64,000 nt of DNA from Felis catus (Eukaryota): the NCBI RefSeq assembly GCF_018350175.1, contig NC_058368.1:60638001-60702000 (forward strand), written 5' to 3'. The notes below the pieces were generated by a model. The model was not told the origin of the DNA and searched no databases. It worked only from the letters and a program-made list of their open reading frames with translations. The translations under genes and the position numbers were made by a program. Numbering within the stretch: position 1 is the first letter of the stretch; the number at the start of each line of letters is the position of its first letter. Positions 12,200 through 23,880 of the stretch are shown piece after piece.

Positions 12200-12910
12200 A
12201 AAGAGATTCTTATATTTCTCTGTACATGAGCCCCTTTGAGAGTCTAGTGAAGACAATGGACCATTTTTCACTATAATTTTCAAAAATATAAAAGATGTGA
12301 CTGTGCAAGGACACAAGCTATATAAAATTCACTTATCAAATAATAAATAAAAAATAAAACCACAGAAATTAGAATTTATGTCCTTCCTTACTAACAGGGT
12401 AAAATAAGATACAGCAATGTATTCAATAACCATGATAATTTGAAGTAGTAATCAGTAGAAATAATTACTTGGGATATCTGCAAAAGCTGCAGGATTATAT
12501 TAAACATTTTTGAGTTCTTAGGGCACGTGGGTGGCTCAATTGGTTAAGTGTCCCACTCTTGGTTTTAACTTAGGTCATGATCTTGCAGTTTAATGAGTTC
12601 GAGCCCTACGTCAGGTTCTGCACTGACAGAAAGGAGCCTCCTTGGGACCTCTCTCTCCCTTTCTTTCTGCCCCTCCCCCACTCACAATGTCTCTGTCTCT
12701 CTCAAAATAAATACATAAAATTTAAAAAAAAATGAGTTTTCTTACTGAAAAATATGCTACTTTTATTTATTTCCTATATTTATGATTGAAAGAAATAATG
12801 TATGTCTCCTTGAGGTTAATAAAAATGAAGCTATACTCTTTCCACTTAAATCACAAACTCCCCAATTTCTGTTCACAGATAACTCTGTAGTCTGTGGACC
12901 CCTGTACCAG
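12200..12910. mobile_element. hAT-Charlie fossil (MER119-like) interrupted by a SINE
   Basis: cccctttgagagtctagtgaagacaatggacc, taatttgaagtagtaat, gatatctgcaaaagctg; terminal tctgtggacccctg; assigned from memory. Confidence 0.5.
12521..12732 (+). mobile_element. Can-SINE
   Basis: Head, B-box gagttcgagccc, A tail; TSD-like tgagtt(tt)ctta. Confidence 0.93.
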
Positions 12911-13435
12911 TATTTTAATTTTCCTACTAGAAACTTCACAATAAGAGCTTTTAAAGTGTGAGGTGTGCATTTCTGCTCCACTCATATATCCAGATCCTAT
13001 CAATCTTTTGAAAATAGCATACAATTTTGAGTCCTATAAGTCAGAGGTGACAAATATTTGTCACATTTTAGCTGCCTAAAACCAGGCAAGCCATGTGCTT
13101 TCAAGCATGCTCCCTCTCACACTTCTTACAAAAGTTTTGGGAGAATTGGAAATAATTACTATAAAAACCCAGGACTCCACATGGCAAAACTACTCTAAAT
13201 AAATAGTAGCTTCAATAAACGAATCAGGCAAATCTCAATTTTTCCATGCAGCGTGTAAACTCTCTCATCAGTGTAGATTACAAATTCACAGATTACAAAT
13301 TCACTTCTGAATTTATAGAACGGTACAGAATAAAAGAGAGAAGTAGGACAGCGATGGGGAGTGGGTTAAAGGGAATGAAAAGAGGTAAACTGAAGAGCAA
13401 AATAACTTGGGGTGTTTCTATAAATCAGTCCCTAA

Positions 13436-13612
13436 GAGGACTGCCTGGGTGGCTCAGTTGGTTAAGCCTCCAACTCTTGGTTTCACCTCAGGTAATGATC
13501 TCATGGCTCATGAGTTCGAGCCCTGCATTAGGATCCCTGCTTGGGATTCTCTCTTCCTCTTTCTCTGTCCCCTGTTCATGCTCTCTGTCTCTCTCTCAAA
13601 ATAAATACACTT
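13436..13612 (+). mobile_element. Can-SINE with internal deletion
   Basis: tgcctgggtggctcagttggttaagc, gagttcgagccc, CT tract; TSD aaatcagtcc. Confidence 0.9.
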
Positions 13613-13834
13613 AAAATCAGTCCTCATGAGAGATGGATCAGGAGGACTGAATCACAATGATCGGAACTTGGAGCCACTGAGAATTGCTGACCAGGCTCAT
13701 TTGGCTGGGTTTGTTATATAACCCTCTGTGTTCAGTGGATGTTTGCAGAAGCCACATAGCATGTACTCAGATTTCCATAAATGATAAAATAAGTTAATAT
13801 TAACATTAATAATGATAATAATAATTAGGAAAAT

Positions 13835-14000
13835 AGTAGCTAGTACTTATAGAGCACTACTATATCTAGCACTATGTTTTGCAGTTAAAAAACCTGTAAT
13901 CCCTCCAACAAAAATGAGATAGGTACCTTTAACATCCTTCTTTTAAATGATGGAATAAAGCACAGTGAGTCTAAGTAACTTGCCTGAAGTTATTTTCTAT
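13835..14000 (-). mobile_element. MIR fragment
   Basis: gcacagtgagtctaagtaacttgcctgaagtt core and upstream tacttatagagcactactat. Confidence 0.6.
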
Positions 14001-14833
14001 CGGTGCATACAAAGTATCCAAGACTTTCAAGTCACAGCCACTTGGTGAAAGCAGAGGCAGAATTACAGAATATTTTATGAATAACTCTTATTTATAAAAT
14101 TTTGTACACTATTTCAAAACATCTCTTGAAATGTTGACCTTTAGTTGTTGTTAAAATCAGAAAATGGTATAAGACATGGACCCTAGCCACACGGCCTTTC
14201 ATTGTTCCCATTTAATTTGAGTAAGTAAGATGCATATGTAAGTAAATACAGCGACGGATATAGATCAGGATTTTGTAACAGATAGGAAAGGTAAATTAAC
14301 ATTTAAAGTTACATATTAGCTTACTATTTTCCTTTTAAAATTTAGACATAGTTTAGTCAAGCACTGATATTCAAAGCACTTTAAAAATCAAGGAAAGCAT
14401 GAGATGTGAACATATGGAGCATTTGTCAACAGTGACGTGATTGATGATAAGAATAATTCATGAACTTTTCTGAAATTTTAACTCTTGCTCTTCATCTATT
14501 TTGTAAGGTGTTCTATTAACATAAATAAAACTTAAAGACAGCATTCCATAATTAAACACTCAGTGGTTTAAAAAATGAGGAAGCTGATAGCATTTGCATT
14601 TGTCTCCTGGAACACCTGCATTTATTTCTAGGATCCTTTAACAAGGAGAAACACAGCTGCTAATGTTGTGACTAATGAAAAATGTAAAGTTAAAGTCACG
14701 AAGAACTGGCTACATTATGTATATTTCTACTACTCTAAACAGAAAAGAGAAGACTTGCCTTGGGTCCAGAATTTACATTACATATTATTTTGACTAGTAA
14801 TTCATTTTGAGGTGATATTATGATGTTGGCAGA

Positions 14834-14990
14834 TGTATTAGTCAGCTCAGGCTGCCATAACAAGATACCATAAACTGGGTAGCTTACACAACAGACGCGT
14901 ATTTCTCACAGTTCTAGAGGCTGTAGGTCTGAAAACAAAGTACGTGTAGCTTCAGTTCCTGGCAAGGCTCTCTTCCTGGCTCACAGAATA
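14834..14990 (-). mobile_element. MaLR LTR fragment (MLT1A/B-like)
   Basis: tgtattagtcagctcaggctgccataacaagataccataaactgggtagctta...tatttctcacagttctagaggctg. Confidence 0.8.
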
Positions 14991-15162
14991 GGTCTCCTTA
15001 AATATAAGCACTGAAAGTGATGCTTATTGATCAAAGAGCTTACAATTCTTGGAGGGTAAACAGATTTGAAACTTGCACAGGTTTACACTAAATATGTTTT
15101 AGAATTCATTTAGTTTTAACAAAATATATTTGTCATTTTAAAACAAACTTTGAGAAGAACTA

Positions 15163-15668
15163 CAGATCTTTCTCAACTTATGGTGGGGTATGTCCTTGAA
15201 AAACTCACTGTAGTTCAAAATATCATTTTGTGGAAAATGCACTGAATTCATCTAACCTATGGACCATCACAGCTTAGCCTAGCCTACCTGACACATGTTC
15301 ACAACACTTTCATTAGCCTGTATTTGGGCAAAACGCTCTAACACAAAGCCTATTTTCTAATACAGTGCTGGAGATCTCATGTAATTTATTAAATACCGAA
15401 CTGAAAGTGAAAAATAGAATGCTGTGGTTGTTAAGCGTGGTTGTTAAGTGTATCAGTTGTCGACCCTCACGGTGGCATGGCTGACTGGGAGGGAGCTACG
15501 GCTGGCCGCCTCTGCTCAGCATCATGTGAGAGTATCTACTTCATGCCCCAGCCTGGGAAAAGGACAAAATTCAAAACTTATAGTGAAGTTTCTACTGAGT
15601 GCTCATTGCTTTTGCACTATCAAAAAGTCAAAAATTGAAGTTGAAACATCGTTAAGTCAGACTTATTT
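15163..15668. mobile_element. TcMar-Tigger non-autonomous element (MER47/Tigger5-derived)
   Basis: TA-flanked cagat...acttatggtgggg start, agcttagcctagcctacct, gaaagtgaaaaatagaatg, matching terminal inverted repeat ...catcgttaagtcag. Confidence 0.75.
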
Positions 15669-15763
15669 ATAATATTTTTGAGGAAATAAACTTACTGATT
15701 ATGAGAAAAACACATGAAGAAGTAGTGCTTTTTATGGAGTTCTAGTTAAAAAGATGAAATTTC

Positions 15764-15967
15764 TGGCACCTGGGTGGCTCAGTCAGTTAACTGTCTGACT
15801 TTGGCTCAGATCACGGTCTCATGCTTGCTGAGTTCAAGCACCGCATGGGGCTCTCTGCTCTGAGCACAGAGCCTGCTTCAGATCCTCTGTTCCCCTCCTC
15901 TGTCTGCCCCTCCCCTATGCACACACTCTCTCTCTCTTTTTCTTTCTCTCAAAAATAAATGAAAATT
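15764..15967 (+). mobile_element. Can-SINE
   Basis: 16-bp TSD taaaaagatgaaattt at 15747-15762 and 15968-15983. Confidence 0.94.
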
Positions 15968-16282
15968 TAAAAAGATGAAATTTTATCATACTAAAAGTGA
16001 AAAATCTATATAAAATATTCTAAGTGATTGATTTTTAATAGTGGATGACTGAGATAGTCAAAATGATAATAAATTATCATGGTTATTTTATGACATTGTA
16101 GTTGCATGCACTAAACTAAACACAAGATTAGATAATTACTCATATAATTTAAATAATAGATTACATTAAAGTAAATAAATCAGAGAAAATATCGTGATGA
16201 TGGGTTAATTGGAGATTTATATAAATTTTAACTGCAATACATGAGATAGTCACACATGACTATTTGATATCAAAATAATGTA

Positions 16283-16491
16283 GGGGCACCTGGTTGGCTC
16301 AGTTGGCTAAGCGTCTGATCTTGGCTCAGGTCATGATCTTGTGGTTCGTGGATTTGAGCCCCACGTCAGGCTCTGTGCTAACAGCTCAGATCCTGGAGCC
16401 TGCTTTGGATTCTGTGTTCCACTTTCTCTATGCCCCTTCCCTGCTTGTGTTCTGTCTCCCTCTCTCTCAAATATAAATAAACATAAAAAAA
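16283..16491 (+). mobile_element. Can-SINE
   Basis: Head, body and tail; TSD ttgatat(c/a)aaaataatgta. Confidence 0.94.
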
Positions 16492-18102
16492 TTGATATAA
16501 AAATAATGTAAATAATGTTTGTGGACCTGATGAGGCATAGGGGGAAGAAAAAGAAGTCTTCTCTGTTCTAGTCAGACTTCAAAATTCTGGAAAACACGTT
16601 TGCTATTTATGAGATTTATTTATCTCATTTTGTATGTTATCATACCCAATTTTATTAATTTGCTATTAATATAATATTAATAATTATTTAATTCACATTA
16701 GCTCCTTAGACGAAACAGACATCTATTAATTTGAGCTATTTTGGGAAGTATCAGTGTTTTTATTCCCCAGAATATATTACACACTTCTAAAAATATGGGC
16801 CATTTGAATTAATTGTGTTAATTTTGAGCTTCCTTCACCAGATGAAACGAAAATAGCTAAATCCTTGAGTTAAAGGTATTTTAAACTAGAACTTTGTATG
16901 CATCTGTGTGATTTCCACTTCAAGGCCTTCTTGACAGATTTTGCATTACCGGACCAACCTAATAATAATCCTGGACCAATGTGCTTTTGAAATTAATCAC
17001 AGAAGTACTGAATTCCAATGACTAAAACGGTACAGCATAACTGCTCTTGTACAGGGATTCCAAAATTAAACAGGAACTTTATTTCTGAATTTTACACAGT
17101 ATGAGAAAATTCTTTTTTTTTCAAAATTACCTTATGATGTAAACTTTCATTGAATTAGTACTCTTTGATAAGCTCCCTTTACATCCACTCTCCTTATCTA
17201 CACATATGTGTATTTTGTTTATCTAGAAGGATAATTTCAGGACCAATAACACTGTGGTTCAGTACCAGTTTTCTTAATAAAAACTTAATGTATCTTATTA
17301 CATTCCCAGCACACTCTAATTAAATTCCTTTTCATTTCAGTCTGTCTCAGAGGGTTAGAGAAGCTCAAGAATATTTAACAAAATTCAACAAAGCAACTAC
17401 CTGAAGTTGATACATTAACCTTGGCACTGAAAGTTACTTTATTCAATCCACGTATGCCAGAAACACCATTATACAATGACCTAAAAACGACAATATTTCA
17501 CTCTAACTGGAGAGGCTATAAATGAATAACGATCATTTCTAACTCATTATATGTATTATGTATTTTGCCCTGGGAAATTTTAAAGAAAAAACAAACATTA
17601 GCAACAGTAAAAGCATGTCTTACCTGAATGCAAAAGTAAAACAAAGCTGGATCTTTTCTTGATAATAAGGAAAATGGATAGACTTTAATACCTATTAGTA
17701 TAATCATTTACAGTCATACATGCCTCACAAACCAGAAAATATATATAGATCAATTTTGTTCTCCCCGTTTGGATTTTAAGATGGAAACATGTAATTTCAT
17801 AAAGAAAATAATTCTTCCTGTTTAACATTCCCTCGCGATTATGCTTTGCTCAAATTAACTCATTCCTATGGATGATGAGGTTAAAGGAAAGGTCTATTTC
17901 CTTGTTTGATTCTGGAGTTTCATGGAGTCCTTCTCTTCTATAACCAACTATACAGACCCACCATCCCACCATGGCTTATCCAAATCTTTTATGGCCACAC
18001 ATATTTCAGATTTACTTTTATCTTTACAGACTTTAGGAAGGTTACATAACGTACGTATGATACATGTCATCCTTAGTTTTAAAACCCTCTGATCAAACTT
18101 AT

Positions 18103-18115
18103 TGTGTGTGTGTGC

Positions 18116-18159
<44 letters not shown>
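18103..18159. repeat. (TG)n microsatellite
   Basis: Seen directly in the sequence. Confidence 0.97.
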
Positions 18160-18161
<2 letters not shown>

Positions 18162-18218
18162 TTTTGTAGTGATGCAAAAATATCTACACTAGATTGGGTA
18201 AATAATGACCATAATATT

Positions 18219-18436
18219 GGGGCGCCTGGGTGGCGCAGTCGGTTAAGCGTCCGACTTCAGCCAGGTCACCATCTCGCGGTCCGTGAGTTCGAGCCCCGCG
18301 TCAGGCTCTGGGCTGATGGCTCAGAGCCTGGAGCCTGTTTCCCATTCTGTGTCTCCCTCTCTCTCTGCCCCTCCCCTGTTCATGCTCTGTCTCTCTCTGT
18401 CCTAAAAATAAATAAACGTTGAAAAAAAATTAAAAA
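18219..18436 (+). mobile_element. Young SINEC_Fc
   Basis: CpG-rich near-consensus ggggcgcctgggtggcgcagtcggttaagcgtccgacttcagccagg; perfect TSD aaataatgaccataata at 18200-18216 and 18437-18453. Confidence 0.97.
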
Positions 18437-18534
18437 AAATAATGACCATAATAAAATTTATATCAGTTTTATTAAAAGATTTAATGTAGATTCAATTTTT
18501 TCTGCCAATTGAAGAGCTTTCTCCCCCACCCCCA

Positions 18535-18900
18535 TCAGCTTTATTGGGATAGAACTGACATATGACAATGTGTAAGTTTAGGGGCAAAATGTGATGATTT
18601 GATGCATGTGTATATTGGTAAGGGATTACCACAATAAGGTTAATTAACAAGTCTTTTACCTCACATTATTACCATGTTTGTTGTTATGGTGATAATATTT
18701 AAGATCAATGCTCTCAGCAACTTTCAACTATACAATACAGTATTATTTACTATAGTCACCATACTATATATACATTAAATCTCCAGAATTTATTCCTCTT
18801 ATAACTGGAAGTTTGTACCTTTTGATCAATGTCTTCTCATTTCCCATACTCCCAAAACCTTGGCAAACAACCATTCTTTGTTTCTAGGAGTTCAGCTTAT
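18535..18900 (-). mobile_element. L1MA-like 3' end
   Basis: cagctttattgggatagaactgaca...cagcaactttcaactatacaatacagtattatt...ctggaagtttgtaccttttga. Confidence 0.85.
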
Positions 18901-20288
18901 TTTTTTATTAAATTTAAATTTTATTTTTTTAATTTTAAATCCAGTGTAGTTAACATACAGTGTTATATTACTTTCATGTGTACAATAAATTTGGAATTCA
19001 ACAATTCCATATATTACTCAGTGCTCATCAAGACAAAGGTACTCTTAGGGTGCCTGGGTGGCTCAGTCGGTTAAGCATCTGACTTTAGTACAGGTCATGA
19101 TCTCACAGTTTGTGGGTTTGAGCCCCACATCGGGCTCTGTGCTGACAGCTCAGCCTGCTTTGGATTCTGTGTCTCCCTCTCTTTCTGCCCCTTCCCTACT
19201 CACGTTCTGACTTTCTCTGGCTCTCAAAAATAAATATTGAAAAAAATTAATAAAATAGATAAGTGTACTCTTAATTCCTCTCACCTATTTCATTCATCCA
19301 CCCACCCACCTCACCTCTGATAACCATCTGTTTGTTCTCTACAGTTAAGAGTCTATTGTTTGGTTTGTCTCTCTTTTTTCCTTTGTTCATTCTTTTTGGT
19401 TTCTTAACTTCCACATATGAGTGAAATTATATGGTATTCGTCTTTCTCTGACAGGCTTATTTTGCTTAACATTATGCTGTCTGGATCCATCCATGTTGTT
19501 GCAAATGGCAATATTTCATTCTTTTTTATGGCTGAATAACATTCCTTTATATATATCACATCTTCTTTATCTATTCATGTGTTGATGGACACATGGACTG
19601 CTTTCATAGTTTGGCTATTGTAAACAATGCTGTAATATACATAGGGGTGCATATATCCCTTTGAACTAGTGTTTTCATATTCTTTGGGTAAGTACCCAGT
19701 AGTGTGATTACTGGATTGTAGGGTAGTTCTATTTTTCAGTTGTAGGGTAATTCAATTTTTAAGTTTTTGAGGAACTTCCATACTGCCTTGTACAGTAGCT
19801 GCACCAGTTTACATTCACCCCAATAGTGCAAGAGGGTTCCTTTTTCTTCATGTCCTTGCCAGCACTTGTAATTTCTTATTTATTTATTTTTTATTTTGGC
19901 CATTACGACAGGTGTGAGGTAACATTTCACTATGGTTTTGATTTGCATTTCCCTGCTAATAAGTAATGTTGAACATCTTTTCTTATGCCTGTTGGCCATG
20001 TGCATGTCTTCTTTGAATATATGTCTATTCATGTATTCTGTCCATTTTTAATTAGATTATTTGTTTTTTGGTGTTAGGTTGTATCAGTTCTTTATATACT
20101 TTGGATACTAACTCTTTATTGGGTATGTCATTTGCAAATATCTTCTTCTATTCTGTAGGTTGTCTTTTAGTTTTATTAGTTGTTTCCTTTGCTGTGCAGA
20201 AGCTTTTTATTTTGATGTAGTCCCTATAGTTTTTCTTTTGTTTTCCTTGTGTCAGGAGATGTATCTAGAAATATATCACTATGACCAA
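18901..20288 (-). mobile_element. Carnivore L1 (3'UTR and ORF2 3' end), degraded, with a nested SINE
   Basis: T tail, tagttaacatacagtgttatatta, ttccacatatgagtgaa, antisense ORF2 motifs through tttgctgtgcagaagctttttattttgatgtagtccc. Confidence 0.9.
19048..19257 (+). mobile_element. Can-SINE nested in L1
   Basis: Head and tail present; TSD core gtactctta. Confidence 0.93.
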
Positions 20289-22439
20289 TTGAAGATCTTT
20301 TTCATTTTGTAATATTTGATTAGAAACTGTAGACCCATGTGGTCACTTTTCAAAGACCGCTTTCCATTTGGGTGACAGTTCACCTGTCCCTCAGTCCCTG
20401 CCATAGTGTTATGTGATGGCTAAATACAGGATTAAACAGATGGTTCAACTTTCTGCAAAGCTAGATGAGTCAAATACTAGAACAGCCCGCAGGTTCAAAT
20501 GTGTTAGTCTGAAAACACTATTATTTGTTGGTTGTTACTCGTGTGGTCAGTTCGTTTGGATTGCCTGTTGAAGCCTCTGAAAATTTCTAGGCATGCTACT
20601 TTTTTTCTTCCTTGATAGTGGCTGAAGAAGCTTCCCTAAATGATACATATTCATCTGTATGGAACCAAACTGTCTCTCTGCCCCTTTCATCTCATCCACT
20701 ACCAAATGTTAGGAGCAACTTTCCTTTAAACTCCTAAATTATCTGCATAGCAGCCGATCATAACTCCCCCTCTCCTTGCTCTGGCATACCCCTTAATTGC
20801 TTTAGCAAATTTCCATTTGTTTTCTTCTAGCTTTTTGTTTTATTGAACAGGAATTTTAAAAGAAGAGCAATAGCGGGAAAGGAATGGATATCCCCAAATT
20901 TTAACATTCATGGGTCTGGATGTTAGTCTATGTGCCATGTTAAGGAATTTGAAGAGTATACTGGCAAAATGCATCTTTGTTTCAGGGAAAATAAAATGGT
21001 GAGAGCTTGAATGCATTGAGAGCTGTTCAGTATGATAATAAAAATAACGGTCTGGATACTGTTGAAATAGTTAAGGCAAGACATACAGAGTCCATGATCT
21101 AAATGCTAATGATAGGAATACAAAGCAAAGTTTGGATGCGAGCCAGATTCCAAAGTGAAAATCTCTGATCATGTTCCTGGTCAGATTTGTGGTGAGGAAT
21201 TATAAAGACAAATTCAGGAAGCATCTGCACAAAAACAAAGGTTAAAGCAATGAAACAGCAATATCATCTGAAAGAAAGTAGAATTCTGAAAGAACATATT
21301 GAGAGCTGATAAAATATGTGGCTAATAGGACACATTTGAAGGAAGGACACAGATTGTTCAAGAGAAGTCAAATAGAAACAATATTGTTATGTTATTGAGA
21401 AAAAAATGACATTTTTCCTTTTATAAAAACTCGTTCACATTACTTATTCATTATATTTTTTTTATTATGGCTTATTTGGTTATTTCCATGTGGATACTTT
21501 GGACATGTGTGAATGTTTTGTGTCTTCTTTGAAGTGCATCCTGTTATACATTATACGTCTATAGTAGGTAGTGGCAGTAGTAGACAAGTGTAAGTAGAAA
21601 GGTTGAGTTATAGACATTTGGAGTTAAAATAGCTACTTCTGAAAACATAAAGGATTTATTCCCTACAAGTTACTCAAAGATAAATTCAGTATTGCACAGT
21701 GATGGATGGACTGAACGTCACAAGAGAGATGTTAAGTCAACAGATATGATCCATCTTTGCCTAAGAAATAAGACCTCTGGATGACACTGCATATTTAATT
21801 AGGCGTTAATGAGACACAATTAAATAAATAATAAACATTATTATTATTATTAAGAATTTGATGGACAAGGGGAAGCAGATGTTTGAAAAAGATGAGGCCC
21901 ACTGGAAGTAGGGAAGGTATGCAGTAACAGAAGCAAATGCTTCTGTATTATTACCTACCACATAGATTTATATTGTGTCACTGTGACAGTGCTCAGCTGT
22001 GTCTGAGTGTGCAATCCCAGAACACGTATGAGTACTCTAATGATGATGAAGTAAAAGTTCCTCTGATCTCTGTTATGTTGTCTCTGTCATGTTACAAAAG
22101 CAAGCGTCGAACTGCATAAAACACATTCTACTACTTTTCTAGAATTTGTTTAAGGATATTGGTTCAAATCCTTGTAGTGGCATGAAACTTGTTTAATGAA
22201 TGAGCAGTTATATACCAGGGGACACATTAGGGAGTAAAAAATGTCTTCATTTAAGAATAAGTCCTGGGCAAGTTAAAAATATTGATTTGCATGTTAAGCG
22301 ACTGGATGAAACCATTTACACTTTTACCTAATAGTTCCAATGCTATAATAGTCTCATAATGAGTAGGTTTCCACATTCTCTTTAATCCAATGGTCATGGA
22401 CATGTGATCTGAGGATGCCTGAGGTCCTTGAGGTCTTCT

Positions 22440-22830
22440 TTTTTCCAACTACACATCTGTGTAGAACAGAATTTTCTTTATAGACTTCACCCAAAACATT
22501 TGGCAACAGATTTGATGCAGAAGGCAATAGGAGAGTTTAGCAGTCTACTATTAAGCTATTCATTAAAGAAATTCCAAATATGCAAACAATGTCACATACC
22601 TACTAAGTTTTCTTATGTTTTTGAAATTATAGTTGCATTTTATTTAAAAATATGTTATTTATGTTAGCGTGAGTTTATTTTCATTATTTTTAAATCAATG
22701 CATATTTTAAATTGTCTAATTTCTAATTTCTAAATCCAGAGAGGTATAAATCACATCAAAAAAGACATTCTTGAGTCTTCAATAATTTTTAAAAGTGTGA
22801 ATGGCATAAATGGGGCCCGGAGCGAAATAG
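22440..22830. mobile_element. Charlie1-like hAT DNA transposon end fragment
   Basis: ccaactacacatctgtgt...gcaacagatttgatgcagaaggca...tctactattaagc...cattaaagaaatt; recalled Charlie1 motif. Confidence 0.65.
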
Positions 22831-22934
22831 GTAGAAGATGGTCAATAGAGTCCATTCTGGACACCATCATCAGGACGGTGGGATTTCATCATGCTGATAT
22901 GCCTTATGTGCCTTTCTAGAGTTTTCAACCATGT

Positions 22935-23027
22935 CTTCTTTCCTTTCTTATTTTCTTTTCTTGCTTTTTCTTTTTTCTTTTCTTTTCCTTTCTTTCTCTT
23001 TCTTCTCTTTCTTTCTCTCTCTCTTTC

Positions 23028-23079
<52 letters not shown>

Positions 23080-23092
23080 TTATTTTATTTTT
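22935..23092. repeat. (TTTC)n/(TC)n polypyrimidine microsatellite
   Basis: Seen directly in the sequence. Confidence 0.95.
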
Positions 23093-23177
23093 CCAGCTTT
23101 ACTGACCTATAACAGTGTCTTTCAATACACTCATTGGGCCTGAGGATCTAGTGGTAGATCTACAATGTCCTAGTTGA

Positions 23178-23322
23178 GGGGCGCCTGGGTGGCTCAGTTG
23201 GTTAAGCATGCCACTTTGGCTCAGGTTATAATCTCACAGTTCTTAGGTTTGAGTTCTGCACTGGGTTCTATGCTGACAGCTCAGAGCCTGGAGCCTGCTT
23301 TGGATTCTGTGCTTCCTCTCTC

Positions 23323-23370
<48 letters not shown>

Positions 23371-23412
23371 ATTCTCTCTCAAAAATAAACATTAATTAAA
23401 AAAATAAAATAA
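23178..23412 (+). mobile_element. Can-SINE with long (CT)n
   Basis: TSD aatgtcc(t/c)agttg at 23164-23176 and 23413-23425. Confidence 0.94.
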
Positions 23413-23662
23413 AATGTCCCAGTTGGAATCCCTGGTAAGATCAAATCCATACCTCTCACAGTGCATTGAGCTCCCACATCTTCTTCACTTATGATCTCAA
23501 AGTAGATTGTAATAATTTAAAATTTTAAAGCTTCCCTCAATCCAGTCCTTCTGTAAAATTGTTTTTGTCCTCTCTATCTAAATATCTGAAGTTCACTCAT
23601 TTATCATTTTCCTGATCTACATTCCACTCTAAAAAACCTCACTAAAAACTTGTACCACTTCA

Positions 23663-23880
23663 GGGGCGCCTGGGTGGCACAGTCGGTTAAGCGTCCGACT
23701 TCAGCCAGGTCACCATCTCGCGGTCCGTGAGTTCGAGCCCCGCGTCAGGCTCTGGGCTGATGGCTCAGAGCCTGGAGCCTGTTTCCGATTCTGTGTCTCC
23801 CTCTCTCTCTGCCCCTCCCCCGTTCATGCTCCGTCTCTCTCTGCCCCAAAAAATAAATAAACGTTGAAAAAAAAAAAAAA
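23663..23880 (+). mobile_element. Young SINEC_Fc
   Basis: Near-consensus, CpG-rich, pure A tail; perfect 15-bp TSD acttgtaccacttca at 23648-23662 and 23882-23896. Confidence 0.97.

Noticed and set aside
17615..17700. Minus-strand donor CAG|GTAAGA (similar AG|GTGAGT near 1990)
   Set aside because: No convincing paired acceptor or compositional signal; isolated donors are common by chance
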